64,000 bases of DNA from Dicyema japonicum (lineage: Eukaryota > Animalia > Dicyemida), in contig RDEW01000009.1 of NCBI GenBank assembly GCA_011109175.1, forward strand, positions 578,875-642,874, in the 5' to 3' direction. The stretch's first letter is position 1; the number at the start of each line of letters is the position of its first letter. Below, in pieces: positions 1-12,129 of this stretch. Under the pieces are notes generated by a model that saw only the letters and a program-made list of their open reading frames with translations, had not been told where the DNA came from and did no database searches. A program made the translations under genes and the position numbers.

Positions 1-429
1 ATAACCGAAGCCATCAGTAGTCATCGAAATGTATATTTAAAATCACTTAAACGACTGACATAATTTCACCGTCAATGAGAGATAGAATATCTTATTTATC
101 ATAACAGGGGGAACTTCGGAGGTTGAAAAGGATTTTAGAAACAGGAGGCAGTTTTTGAGCGTAAAAATCCATCATGATTCTCTAGAAAAATCAAACTGTT
201 GGCAAACCTGACCAGAAGCGTTATTTATCATCCTACGATTCCCTTATTCGATTTCTTATTATTTCACACCAAAAAATTCAAGAGAGGGAAATTTGAGACA
301 ATATCCTCTATTTGTATTCGAAAAAAGGTAAAACATTCAGCACTCATGATCGGAAAGAAAAAGAAGGGGACCGCTTTCATTTCCAAAAACGAGGGAAAGA
401 CTCGAATAAAGTAAATGAACAAATGGATA

Positions 430-930
430 AATTTTCGATGTTCTTTTCATGCTAACGCCAAGTAGGACATCTTTGACAGAGTTAAAGGCTTTCGCAAATC
501 CAATTTCTCCTCAGATTCAGATAATAGCTTTACGAACTTTTTTGCCTTATTGATCCCCACTTCGCATCCGCCTTTGATTCCCACGCCCGGCTGTAAAGAG
601 TTAATGTCGCCTGAAATATTCACAATTACTGATCGACAAGCAATCTTTTTGACAAACGATGGAGAATTTTACTGACTGTAATGGGACGATTTCCACCGTC
701 TTTCTTTCCCAGCGTAGTTAAGTTTTCAGAAAATAGGATTTTACGTCAAAAATCGAAGCATTCTAGAAAGCGACGCGTTCAAAAGATTCAAAATTCTTCC
801 AGATAGAAGTGTAGCTGACTGACCAACAAATTGAGATAAAAGGTCCATGAGATGTCCGGATTTAAAACCATCAACTCCCCTAATACTAATCCTTCAGCAT
901 CATGAAGGTCGGCATAATGAGCGGTCTCTC
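430..930 (-). mobile_element. CRE-like non-LTR retrotransposon RT fragment (decayed)
   Basis: Manual minus-strand translation gives GVDGFKSGHL, KKDGGNRPITV, LQPGVGIKGGCEVG and a D..KAFNSV-like motif, matching the CRE-like RT at 38.6-40.6 kb; broken by stops and frameshifts. Confidence 0.7.
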
Positions 931-1646
931 GAAGACAGACAGGCGTATAGAGATTGTTTATAATTGGAGGTTGCTTTTACCTTAGAAGAGAAACTGTCTC
1001 AAGGGAACAATTCGCTAGGCTTGAATCAGTACACACAGTCCGAAGTGCCAGAGTCAGATCTTTTTACATCAATTTTTTTCTAGTGTATGAACGAAGCATT
1101 TCAAGCCACGAGGACGGTTGGCTGATAAATGAGGTTAGTGGTGTCCTTAAAGCTAAGTACCTGAAAGACAAAGGCATAATCCAGTCTCTTTTAGAGTCAT
1201 TGAGAATAACTTTTTAAATACAAGACACGAGTTCAGAGGAAAAAACCTAGAGGATCCTAACAAGAATACCTTTTTGCGTTGATTATTTGAGATGACAGTC
1301 AACAACGATTCTGTGGTGATATGATCGATATTTTCCAATTGGGAGGTACTTTTGTATTGATGACAAAATTATGAAAAACTATCTGCTCACATCGCTCATT
1401 ACCAACTAATTCCAGTGGAGAAAGCTTAATCGTTTTTTTCACTCATAGAACACGCTATGCCTGCTGTCAGCTTAGTATTTTATTAAATAGACACAACTCT
1501 TTTGAACTGACAGACACAAGACACACAACTCTACTGGAGAGAGCAAAAAGGACACAGACGAACTTATTTTATTATATGAATAAGACTATAGAAGCAAGAA
1601 AGACAAAACTAACAAAAAATTGAACGAGGGTTAACCACTAAAAAGA

Positions 1647-2079
1647 TTAAGAATCCGCATAGACATCATCATCGTCAATGATGACAGTCTTCATCCTAAA
1701 ATTTAGAGAATAACGATAACCTTTAAAACTCTCGACTGGCACGTGATACATTAGTAATCCAATCTTCAGATTCATCTTGACGTTCCTACTTATACGACTC
1801 TAATGCGTTTTGGAACATTTCTGAGTGGTAAAAATGAGTTACTTTATTCCATTCTTCCACAAAAATTATTAAGCTCAACGTCAATTTTGACATTGTCGAC
1901 GCACATGCACTTCTTCGCAAATTTTTCGATAACCTTCACTGCAAGTGGGGCACGAGATTTCGATTTTCTTAATTATTAAAAATGAGAAGAATACTTTCCG
2001 TGTAGATGTCTATTCAAGTGAATGTATAATCCCGACAAGCAGAAACCATCGGTTTCCTGGTTCTAGTAACGTCCTCCAT
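1647..2079 (-). CDS. RPL31: 60S ribosomal protein L31, 3 tiny introns, at least 4 single-base frame breaks (assembly error or pseudogene)
   Basis: Pieces RDYT/IHLNRHLHGK, KSRAPLAVKVIEKFAKK..VKIDVELNNF/WKNGIKNVPKRIRV, HVPVESFKG, KTVIIDDDD align colinearly with eL31; GT-AG introns of 22-27 nt; AT-rich upstream region 2090-2230. Confidence 0.8.
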
Positions 2080-2859
2080 TCTTGACTAACAAAATTAACT
2101 AACAAACCACGTTTATTAAAATAATTTAAAAATAATTAATTTATATTTTATATTAATATTATAAATAACAATATTTATACGTTTTAACAATTTTTGTACT
2201 AAAAATAATTTAATTTAGTTTCTGACACTTCCAAGTTTAATTTTCAAGTAAGAAATTTCTAGCTAGAGGTCAACTATGGTTCTGGATCTTTTTTTCCAGA
2301 CCAACTTATTAATTTTATTTAAAGGATTTTCGCAGATTTGGCTTCCTCACTTTATGGAAAGATTTATGGAAGCGCCTGGCAGTTGTGGCTTGTGTTTAAA
2401 GTCAATTGACACCTTTGGTGAGGTTCCATTAGTTCCATGAATCTACGATGCCCCCTGGATTGACGAGTAACAAATCACTGCGGAACCGAAGAAATTAAGA
2501 AAGTTACCAATCCCTTAGATTTTTATAATTAGCATAACTTTTATTATTTGCGAAAATAAAAATGTATGTTTTTTCTCTGTGGAGGTAAGTAGTGGAAACA
2601 TTACTTCATTTCTAATAAAAATAATTTGATTATTTTACTAGCAAATGCTTACAACGCGCTAGCTCATGTGGAATATAATTTTCAAAAAGGTACCTTGCTA
2701 TGTTTCCCATGCATTTTAGGGCGACAGATCTATATGGACGGACAGACGTCCAGAAAAACTTAGTATTTTATTATTTAGATTATGTAGCTTATTTTCATTA
2801 AGATTTTTTTTAAGAAAGAAATTTTATTATCAAATGAATAAAAATTAAATTAAGGCATC

Positions 2860-3215
2860 TGAATGGCCATACTATTTCCCCTAACAATAGCCAACGAGAT
2901 ACGTTCTCGGAACCAACCAGTCTCTCGCGGATCCTTGGTCACAGCTTGAATCATGGAGCCGATCTTACGAACCAACTCATCTGCTTGGGGGCCAAGGATT
3001 CCTGACGTTTCCACCGCGAATTGAACAAAAAGATACTCCTCCGAAATTTTCTGGTACTTCCTCCTCTTCGTTCCTCGGCCTGCTTTGAACCATGTCCTGG
3101 GTCTGAAGCAGAAGCAACCAAATTAGACGGGGAATAAGTATCAACACACGTCGCGTCCCAAATCAGGTTTCGTCCGTTGGCGAATGGAAAAGTCGTCATC
3201 CCATCAGGGCGTTTT
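2860..3215 (-). mobile_element. CRE-like element 3' fragment (restriction-like endonuclease region)
   Basis: RPDGMTTFPFANGRNLIWDATCVDT...AVETSG...RERISLAIVRGN. Confidence 0.8.
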
Positions 3216-3239
3216 TATTAGATTAATAAGCGTGCCGAT

Positions 3240-4200
3240 GGATTAAAAGAAAGTCACGGATTATGATCCAATCAATCACTAAGTTAAAAAAATTGTCCGT
3301 GATTAATTAATTGATCTCAAATCGACAAGGGAGAGCGAATCCGGGGGCTTTTTTCATGTACTATTCTTCTCATTTTCCATGGCGTCATCTTTTAAGGATT
3401 TTAAGAAATGAACTGTTTTGTAGTGACTTCCAGTTGTCGTTCAAACAGAAGTACTCCCTAAAGCTTTGATTAGAAGTCAAGTCTGAATACTCTCTTTGAA
3501 GCTTTTTGGTGACAGGGATCTTGTCAATAACAGGCTAGGTGTCTTCTCGTCCCTTGGATATTTTTTGAAGTATTTGATAAAGTCGTCGTAGAGGGGGTTG
3601 CTTGGTTGGTTGGAAACCCTCACGAATTTTCGGTTTCGATCAAGTAGTAATGCTTCAAAAGTCATAGGCTCGGAATTAGGACCAAGTATTCCTTTTATGA
3701 CCTCAGTGTGTAGTTAGTCTCTATCCCCGACAGTTTCATTTGTAGTTATTTATCAGAGAAATCCCAAGATCACCAAGAATGTGTCAAGCCAACTAGTTGA
3801 GTGATCCCAGCTTCGAGTAATTCCCGGACTCTCCTCGAGTAGTCCGTCAACAATCCCACATTTTTCAAGAAGTGTCTCCTTGAATTTCTGAGGAGGAACT
3901 CAATCATGATTCTCCCCAATAATAACTTTCCTTCCAAGTGGGTTTCTTGGTTCCTTGCAGAAACACTGGAAACCTTGGCTTTTGTTTCTGATCAACTCCT
4001 CTGAAAGGAGAATCTATGGAATGTTCATTTTTATTTTAAAACCAAGAATCACCGACAAATTAGGAGGGAATACATGCCCGTCAGGTTATCCTGGCCTACT
4101 TAAGCGGCCATCTCACCTTTGTTGGTGTTCGTCCCGAGATCTGACGCACTTTTTGTATACATGTGCTACTTTTAAAACGTTGGAGGTGTAATTAGGGCTC
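3240..4200 (-). mobile_element. Mosaic of LINE 3' ends, including a Vingi-like 3' end at about 4030-4200
   Basis: GGGATCACT terminal motif near 3800; 4030-4200 resembles the 3' ends at 16.9-17.05 kb and 26.6-26.76 kb (gagatggc...cctgacgg...taatttgtcggtgatt). Confidence 0.55.
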
Positions 4201-5039
4201 CAGCTCTTCTCACATGTGGCTCGAAAGGAGTTGGTCTTAACAAACCGAAACAACTTCATTAAAGACAAACTGAGTTATATTAGAGAATTATTTAATAGTC
4301 CTGCTTCTACGGCCTGGACACTTCACAAGTCCTTCTCCATCCATTTCACATGTCTTGATTGGGTTCGAACGGGCGGCCCTAGGGGTCTAAACAAACCGAT
4401 GAATATGATAGTCCAACGGGAGGTCCCAGGGGTCCAAGCAATCCGTTATAAGCGGCTAAACCCATAGAACCTCGAGGTGGAGAACCTTTGTAGAGTCCTA
4501 GTCACTATTGCTTGAAAGACTTAAACCTTCTATAAATTTGCACTGGACTGGTTTGTCCCCCATGCAACACAGTCATAGCTGGTTGTCTGTTGTATGCACT
4601 GCGTATAGTGTACGCTTAACGTTGAGTTGAAGCAGCCTTTGCATTGTCCAATGAGTGTTATACAAAGTTTAGTTTTCGTTGTAACAAGAGATGACGTCGT
4701 TAACTTGTTTACTGGATGTTATGCTGGAGTCGTACTTGATACCTGATAACTTGACGGAGTTTGTGGAGGGGATTAAGTCCCCATTAATGGTTAAGAGCGG
4801 TAGAGAGTTAGTTAGTCTTCTATGTGAAGTAAAAAATAATTGTGTATGTAGTGTAAGATATGTAAACGGGCAGCATCAGTATTGTTGCAATGATTATATT
4901 GTCAGAATATGCGAGAACCGGTATATCGTCACTGATATGGGAGGGCATATCGTTCAAGAAGATGTCGAACAAAATGGGTGATAAAGGGGATACCTATGGG
5001 GCCTTGTATTGCAGAAATTGAATGACAGATTTAATGGAA

Positions 5040-5330
5040 CGTGCAACACATCCGCGTTACCAGTAAACACTGTTTATGGTTTCGCTTGTGCCATGTTTTT
5101 CGACTATCCTTTCTGTAGGTCTTCTCCATCCTTTTCTTTGTCGTGCTCGTCTCTTAATTTCGTCCAGATCGTCTGCATTCATCAATCGGCCCCCGATCAT
5201 TGCGTAATCCTCCGCAATGTCCTTGGAAGACAACTTCTTGGAAGTCCTCTGAATGTAGGAGATACAGTATGGGCGAAAAATTTTTCCATGGCGGCATTGC
5301 ATGGTGTCAGTTCATCCATCCGTATAATGT
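5040..5330 (-). mobile_element. RTE-like LINE 3' end fragment
   Basis: FRGLPRSCLPRTL..EDYAMIGGRLMNADDLDEIKRRARQRKGW, similar to C-termini at 24.7-25.0 kb and 58.0 kb. Confidence 0.65.
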
Positions 5331-5339
5331 AGTTAGCGT

Positions 5340-6560
5340 GCGTCATGTGGTTCACCGTTTCTGGTGGTGTCGGATATAGTCCTAAACTATATCTAAAAAG
5401 AACCATTTGCTCCCTACCAACCAGAGGACTTCCCACTGGATGACATTCTCTCAATGTTGGAACATTCTATCGATTGAGATTGTTGACCTCAGGAAACGTG
5501 GAACAAAATCCAGGCCCAAAGAAGTTAACAATCCAGAGCGTAAACATAAACGGGAGAGAGAAGATTGCCGAACTTTCCTTATTCTTGGAGAGGAACAGAA
5601 TAAATATCTGCCTTCTTTAGGAAACGAAGCTTTAAAATAACATTCCTACTCCTCTCTTTAATGGATACAACACCATAAGATCCGACCGTCCATCTGGCCA
5701 AGGAGGGGGTCTACTGACTCTTGTGAGAAAAGGAATAAAATACCTCGAGAACCCTTTTCCCTACAAGAGCCTAATGGAAGACTCGAACACAGAGCTAATT
5801 GGAATTCTTTTGTAACTTCCATTGGAAAAATTGAAATTGCGAATGTTTATGTTCCTCCTCCGGCTTCTGCAAAAAAATTCTATTTTGACCTATCGACCTT
5901 GGACAAACTGGAAAAGTTGTTTTTATGTGGAGTCCTGAATGCGAAGCATTCTTCTTGGTTCCGCTACCAGGCTGCTGATAACAGAGGAAACCTGCTATTA
6001 TCCAAATGAAAAACTTAATAATCATCAACAATCCGAAAAAGAACACTATGACACCATACAACACAAAGGACATGGTGACATCTCCGGACTTATCAATCTG
6101 CTCGCCTCGTCTTTCCGATCATTAATTGGACGGTCCGTTATAATCCGGAGTGACCATCATTCAGTGATAATGAAGCTGAACTGCTAGCCACGTTTTTTCC
6201 GAAGCCTATTCATTTCTATGATTACAACAATGCAATTGGACTGACTTTACAAATTTTGTTGATTCAAAACTGCAAAATTTCCACCTGAAAATTTCTCCTC
6301 CATAGACAGAGCTGTATACTATTTCGACAAAACAATAATTGACGGGAGAAAAATTTTGTCAGAAAAGCATATATAAAAAACGAAAAATTAAAATACGACT
6401 CAAAAACAAAGAAAATAATTATGGAAAAAAAACATCCTTAAGAGAATGACACATCGATCACGACAGGTCATTAATCTAATCAGGGCACTAAACAGTCTGA
6501 TCACGAAAAGCACGAACAACACCCGAAGGAAGAAACTCATGCGAATCTCTGTTGCCATGA
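5340..6560 (+). mobile_element. Vingi/ingi-like LINE 5' part: pseudoknot, 2A-like motif, APE endonuclease
   Basis: Pseudoknot 5340-5406; RLRLLTSGNVEQNPGP runs into KKLTIQSVNING; APE motifs ANVYVPP, CG.LNAKHSSW, SDH. Confidence 0.8.
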
Positions 6561-6589
6561 AAAGATGGCCCGATTATTGAGAGATGCCG

Positions 6590-7470
6590 GGGTTACCTGA
6601 ATATTAGTTAGTGATTAGTTTCTTTGGCTTAAATAATAATATCTTTGATGTTCCCCAAGTACCTGCTTTGTACATGAGGACTGGTCGGACAAATCCATTA
6701 TTTAAGCGTAATCGCATCTTAGTAGGAATTTGATTCTTTCTCATCAGAATGGATAAAATTTTTCGATTACTATTGTGGCCAATATCTTTCGTCTTGTGAT
6801 ATCTTCTGAATCGCCAAGTAACGATTCGAGTGTTCTTCCACTTCTCAACGTGGGTTGGCGTTCTTTCAATAGTGGTTATTTCAGTTTTGTCTTCATTGAT
6901 TTTGTTTTCACTTTTTCCATAATAACGTCTATAAATTCCCGATCTTCCGCGACGAAATCGACATCATCTGCGTAAATGAGTTCTATAAAGTGGTTTTCCA
7001 GACATCCAATTTGTTCTCTTAGATCTCTCAAAGCTGCCTCCAGGTAGATGATAAATAATATAGGAGAGAGTGTCTCCTTGTGGGGTCCCAACATTGATAG
7101 AAAAAGGTCTAGACTCCTTAGAGCCAACTCTGACGAGTAGTTCAGTTTCAGATAATAGCTTATGGATCATGCGCAGACTTTCTTCATCGACAACGTCTTT
7201 CAACACGGTAAGTAGTTTACTCCTGTTGATGCTGTCAAAAGCCTTGCTCATGTCGATTCCCATGATATGAAAGGATCGTTTGTACTTCTGACATATTGCA
7301 GTGATCCAGCGATGGCTCCAGACAACATCAGCCGTAAATCTTCCAGGCCAGAAACCACTCGGACTGCAAAAGAGATATCGATCGACCGACATTGATATAC
7401 GGCCTCGAACAATAGTCGATAGAGTTTTTCTTAGAGTGGTGACTAGCACAATAGGTCTTAATTAATTATT
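6590..7470 (-). mobile_element. RTE-like LINE reverse transcriptase fragment
   Basis: ORFs 6964-7449 and 6876-7127: IDMSKAFDSINR, GTPQGDTLSP, IYADDVDF. Confidence 0.85.
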
Positions 7471-7477
7471 ATTATTA

Positions 7478-8170
7478 CCCCCAGGATCACTGGGTCAAAA
7501 TGAAAGAAATAAAAGTTCTCATCTAACTAAGTGATCCCAGACCGACAAAGGAGAGGACGAGTCCGACGGGGTCGAGAATCCTGAACAACTCTTCTCATTG
7601 GACATGGCATCGGATTAAATTTTCAATATGATTGTAGATATTTCGATAGTGTTTGGAATAGAGGACAGATCAGTAAAATAGCCTCCTTTAAGAGGTTACG
7701 TTGTAATTCGATTAAGAAATTTTCAATGGGCTGGATTTTGAGTTTTGGTCCAATTATCATTATTGCAGTCTCCTCGATTGCGGATAGTTTTAATGAGGAG
7801 AATCATGAAATCTGCATTGCCCACGAAGGAGTTGCATACGTCATCGTTGGTTTGATAAATTGTTCATAAATCGTGGCAAGGCCACCAGTTTGGTCTCTAA
7901 GTGTTTTTGAGAGCACTTTTAAAATTCTCATTTTCTTCAGAGCAGAAGTTACTTTGTTCTCAACATGTCGGATAAAGGTGAGTCCCTGATCAAAGGTTAC
8001 TCCAGAATCTTCGGTGTTTTGTTAATAGAGATAGCTTCGTTCTTCATAAAGACTTTTGGTTCGATACAGAGCTGTCTTTTGTAAGTGGTAAACAGCGTAC
8101 TTTGTTGCTGGTGTGTCGAGTCTCCGCTTCGAGAGCCATAGTGCCAGCTTGTCAAGCATTTGTTGAGCGG
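7478..8170 (-). mobile_element. Vingi-like LINE 3' fragment, same family as 29.5-32.4 kb
   Basis: 7480-7620 is the reverse complement of a close match to 32220-32357; ends in a (TAA)n tail. Confidence 0.8.
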
Positions 8171-8292
8171 ACTTATTAAATGTCATAAAATTGTAATAAA
8201 TTTTATTTATTATAAATAATTAAAATTATATGATAGTCCAATTAATATAGGAAATTTTTAAATTAAATAAGTTTGATCTATTTAAGTCAGTT

Positions 8293-9750
8293 ATGAATAA
8301 GTTAAGCATTGATCAATTAAATTTAGAGAATAAAAGAGTGCTAATCAGGTAACTATAGTCTAACAATTATAGAGTTGACTTTAATGTCCCTATGAAAGGA
8401 AATACTATTACCAACAATCAACGGTATTTAATAATTTTAATTTCAAGTATTGTTGCCGCTCTTCCAACCATTAAATACGCCCTCTCTAAAGCCAAAAGTG
8501 TAGTTCTCATTTCGCATTTGGGGAGACCTGATGGAAAATTTAATCCGAAGTACTCTCTAAGACCAGTTGCGGAGGAACTTAAAAAACTTCTTAAAACGTA
8601 ATTCATTTTCATTCACAACTAGTGACGTCACGTTTATCGAAGATTATGTAGGATCTGTGGCCAAATCGACTTTTGGCGAAAACCCACCACGAGTGATCTT
8701 GCTGGAAAATTTAAGGTTCCATGTGGCAGAGGAAGGTAAGGGTCTCGATGAAGAAGGGAAAAAGGTTACTAAACAACTCAATATCGACAGGTTGTGGGAA
8801 CGAAGGACGAAATAGAAGCTTTTGGAAATATTTTGTCGTCTTTTGGAGACGTTTTTGTAAACGACGCTTTTGGAACTGCTCACAGGGCTCACTGGTTGAT
8901 TCTCTCTTTCCAATTTCTAGTTCAATGGTTAAGATTAAACTTGATCAGAGGGCTTCAGGGTTTTTGCTGAAGAAAGAACTTGAGTACTTTGGAAAAGCTT
9001 TAAAGAACCCTGCGAGACCCTTTTTAGCCATTCTTGGAGGGTGACGATTGTGATAATTGTTAGTGCCAAAGTCTTAGATAAGATTCCAATAATCGAGAAT
9101 CTGCTGGAGGTTGTGGACGAACTGATAATTGGTGGAGGAATGGCTTTCACATTTTTAAAAAAACTAAAACAAATGAAGGTTTACCAAACTGTCATTTCAG
9201 ATTGGGTCGTCATTGTTTGATGAAGTTGGCGCTGAGAAAGTCGTTGGGTTCTGGAAGAAGGCTAAAGAAAAAGGAGTCACAATAACCCTTCCTCTCGACT
9301 TTTATGAGGCTTCTGAATTCTCAGAAAATGCCGATAGAGAAGAAACAACCGTTGATAAAGGAATTAAGGACACGTGGATGGGGCTGGATATTGGTCCCAA
9401 GTCATCTGCTCTCTTTGAAGAAATTATTAAGCGATCAAAGACTATTGTTTGGAATGGGTTGTGATTTTTGTGACTTTGTTAGTCCTCCCGGAGTTTTTGA
9501 ATTTGAAAAATTTTCTAAAGGGACTGAAAAAATGGCTGAGGCAGTTGTGAATGCCACGGAAAATGGGACGGTGTCAATTGTTGGTGGTGGGGACACAGCC
9601 ACTGCAATAACCAAGTTCGGAATGGAAGAAAAAGTCAGTATGGTTAGCACAGGTGGGGGAGCTAGCTTAGAATTGCTTGAAGGTTGGGAATTTATTAATT
9701 TCTAAGGTAAAGTATTGCCCGGAGTTGATTATTTGACTGATGCTAATTAA
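8293..9750 (+). CDS. PGK: Phosphoglycerate kinase, 10 exons, nine introns of 22-26 nt
   Basis: Spliced frame is intact: [78 protein letters not shown]. Introns 8349-72, 8424-47, 8598-622, 8765-90, 8895-920, 9041-63, 9179-200, 9458-82, 9683-706. Confidence 0.98.
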
Positions 9751-9929
9751 TCATTACTAATCTTTAACAGTTCAAATAACATTAACTCATAATTTGTCAG
9801 AAATTTAGCAGGAATTTATTTAGACGTTAATGGGAGTTTTGATTTAAAGTTGGAATTATTATATTTTTCGAGTCGTAATATCTCGTTCTGTTTTTTCAAT
9901 CGAAAAGACCAGTAAGCTAAATGGCTAAT

Positions 9930-10600
9930 TGATCGGAAAGCTGAACTGGCAATCCACCCCTGGAGACGTATATACTTGGAGACGGCGCCACATAACCTTC
10001 GAAAATTTTATGGGGGTGACAGAAGAATCCATTTATGCTGACGACATCGATTTCATAACGAAATATCGATCAGCTCATTTTTGCCTATTGGAAGAGCTCA
10101 CAGTGAATTTAAGAAATGGTGTATGCTTCAAAAACGGAATTAATGGATATCATAAGGATGGAAAAAAGATCGGATTAACCATGGAGGGAGACCACTAAGC
10201 TTTGGCCATTTTACTTGGAGAACTGAGGACATCGTTAGAAGACATGTAAATTTAAGAAGATCTAAATTTGAAAAGAAGTGAATTGACAGAAGACGATCAA
10301 TATATCATCCTTGCTAAGGTTATACAACGCTTTGTTAGACCAATCCTACTGTATAATTTATCAACGTGGGTAATGTCCAAGGCTGAAGAACATGGGATAG
10401 ACTCGTTTCATCTAAAACAGCACAGGACATTGCTTGGATTGAATTGACCAAAGAAAATAGACAGAATGCTTTAACGATTTTTGCTTCACTGGTCCTTCTC
10501 GAGGTCAATGATTTGAGATGAAAGCTCTTCGGACATATATTGAGATAGGAAATGGATACCCCCGCTATTACTTCGTTGAGAGTGGATCACGTTTTTGTGG
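9930..10600 (+). mobile_element. Decayed RTE-like RT fragment
   Basis: SIYADDIDFI motif and downstream thumb-like remnants. Confidence 0.6.
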
Positions 10601-10799
10601 ATGATAATTTCTTAAAAGATTTGTATTTCCAGATTTTTTCAAGTTAAAAATTTCGGTCTTTGATAATAATTTTAGCGATAATAAAACTTTTACCTTAAGC
10701 ATTAAATGTAAGGAGTTGTTGGACAGTCAATTAAATAATAAAAAATAAGACATCACTTATCTCCAGAGACATAATATATAGCTTCGCACAGGCAGGACA

Positions 10800-11030
10800 C
10801 AATTTATTAGAGTAAATAATATAATTCAATGTCACAGAAACATAGAAGACTTTCACATAAGTCCATCCAAATCCAGCATAAAAAGTGGAAGACGTCCATT
10901 CTTTGCAGCTGTGACAACCCTTTAGTAGAGGGAGACTCAATGATCCTTTTTTGTGCTACCCTGGCACTGGGAGCCATCTGAGACAGGTGGATCATATGAC
11001 GCCACTATTTTAGAAACGTTGGGACCATGC
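10800..11030 (-). mobile_element. Diverged copy of the short Vingi-derived element
   Basis: Similar to 11823-12108 and 26813-27123 (cccagtgccagg..gcac.aaaaaggatcatt); pseudoknot 10940-11003. Confidence 0.75.
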
Positions 11031-11499
11031 GTCTACAGACCTTAATTACGATTTTTATTACATATCCATTTTATTGTGAGAATATACAAAGTTAGATTGC
11101 GTCTTGGACTTTCAACCTTTCACCTTTTAATGAAAATAAACTCAACTCCTTTAACCTGTCAAGCGTCAGCGACGAAGTATGCCGTTTCTAAGAAATTTAT
11201 CGAAGAATCCGAAGTGGCTTTGTGTGTTGTGCCATGCTTTAGAAATGTCAGGATAATTTAATAAGGGATAATTAATTTTTTAATGGCCAACTACCTCATT
11301 AATTCAATAAAGACCCTTACATTTTTAGAGCTGAAATCTCCGACCATGCCATATCAGAGGACTCTTTTTTGCATCCAAACTGATCGTCTTCAGAAAGAAT
11401 ATCTCTGATTTCGGAAGGATTAGTTCATCTAGAATTTGACATCGAACGAAGGAATGATGCCAGTCTATATGAAGCCTGTTTCTTTTTTCATTTTTTTTA

Positions 11500-11810
11500 T
11501 TTTATTTAATAACCCCGAGAAGGGAACACCAAGAAAGAAGGATTAAACCAACTAATTAAGTGATCCCGGTACACCTCAAAAGGATCGAGAGGTTTTTCTT
11601 ATGTTCCTCCAAAGAACCCACGGCTTTCCTGTATCGACGACGATCACCTTTCATTAAGATTTGAAGAGGTATTTGAGGCTTCTAGTCTTGAATGGAAGAA
11701 ACGACTTGTTTCGTGACCACACAGACCGATAAAACTGGAGCCGTTGTTTCGATTGAGGCGTGGTCAAGCATTGGGGGGAAAGATCGGCAGGTAGATTCGT
11801 TAGACGTACC
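11500..11810 (-). mobile_element. Vingi-like LINE 3' end
   Basis: gggatcacttaattag...gtgttccc...cggggttattaaataa; closely similar to 44320-44400. Confidence 0.7.
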
Positions 11811-11822
11811 AATTTGGCTGTT

Positions 11823-12108
11823 TATTTATTAACTCCGGATACACCGACAGAGAAGTTAAAGTAAACAACTAATTAAGTATATCCAGTTTCCACTTCTACA
11901 GAAACGTCCATTACATGCAGTTGTGGAAACCCCTCCAGTGGAGTGGGGGAGAGCAAATGATCCTTTTTCGTGCCGGCCTGGCACTGGGAGTCACCTAGAC
12001 AGGTGAATCACATGACCCCACTCTAATAGGAAGAGACAGGAGGAACATACAAGAAAGCAGAAAACTTCAACCAATTAACCACGCAACACCACATGGCGTT
12101 ACGCGGCT
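11823..12108 (-). mobile_element. Short non-autonomous Vingi-derived retroelement (286 bp) with 12-bp TSD
   Basis: aatttggctgtt at 11811-11822 and 12109-12120; 5' hairpin, pseudoknot and Vingi-type 3' end. Confidence 0.85.
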
Positions 12109-12129
12109 AATTTGGCTGTTAGGGAATTG

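Noticed and set aside
4210-4240. catgtggctc motif like the start of the pseudoknot
   Set aside because: No P3 and no complementary P2' downstream, so not counted as a copy
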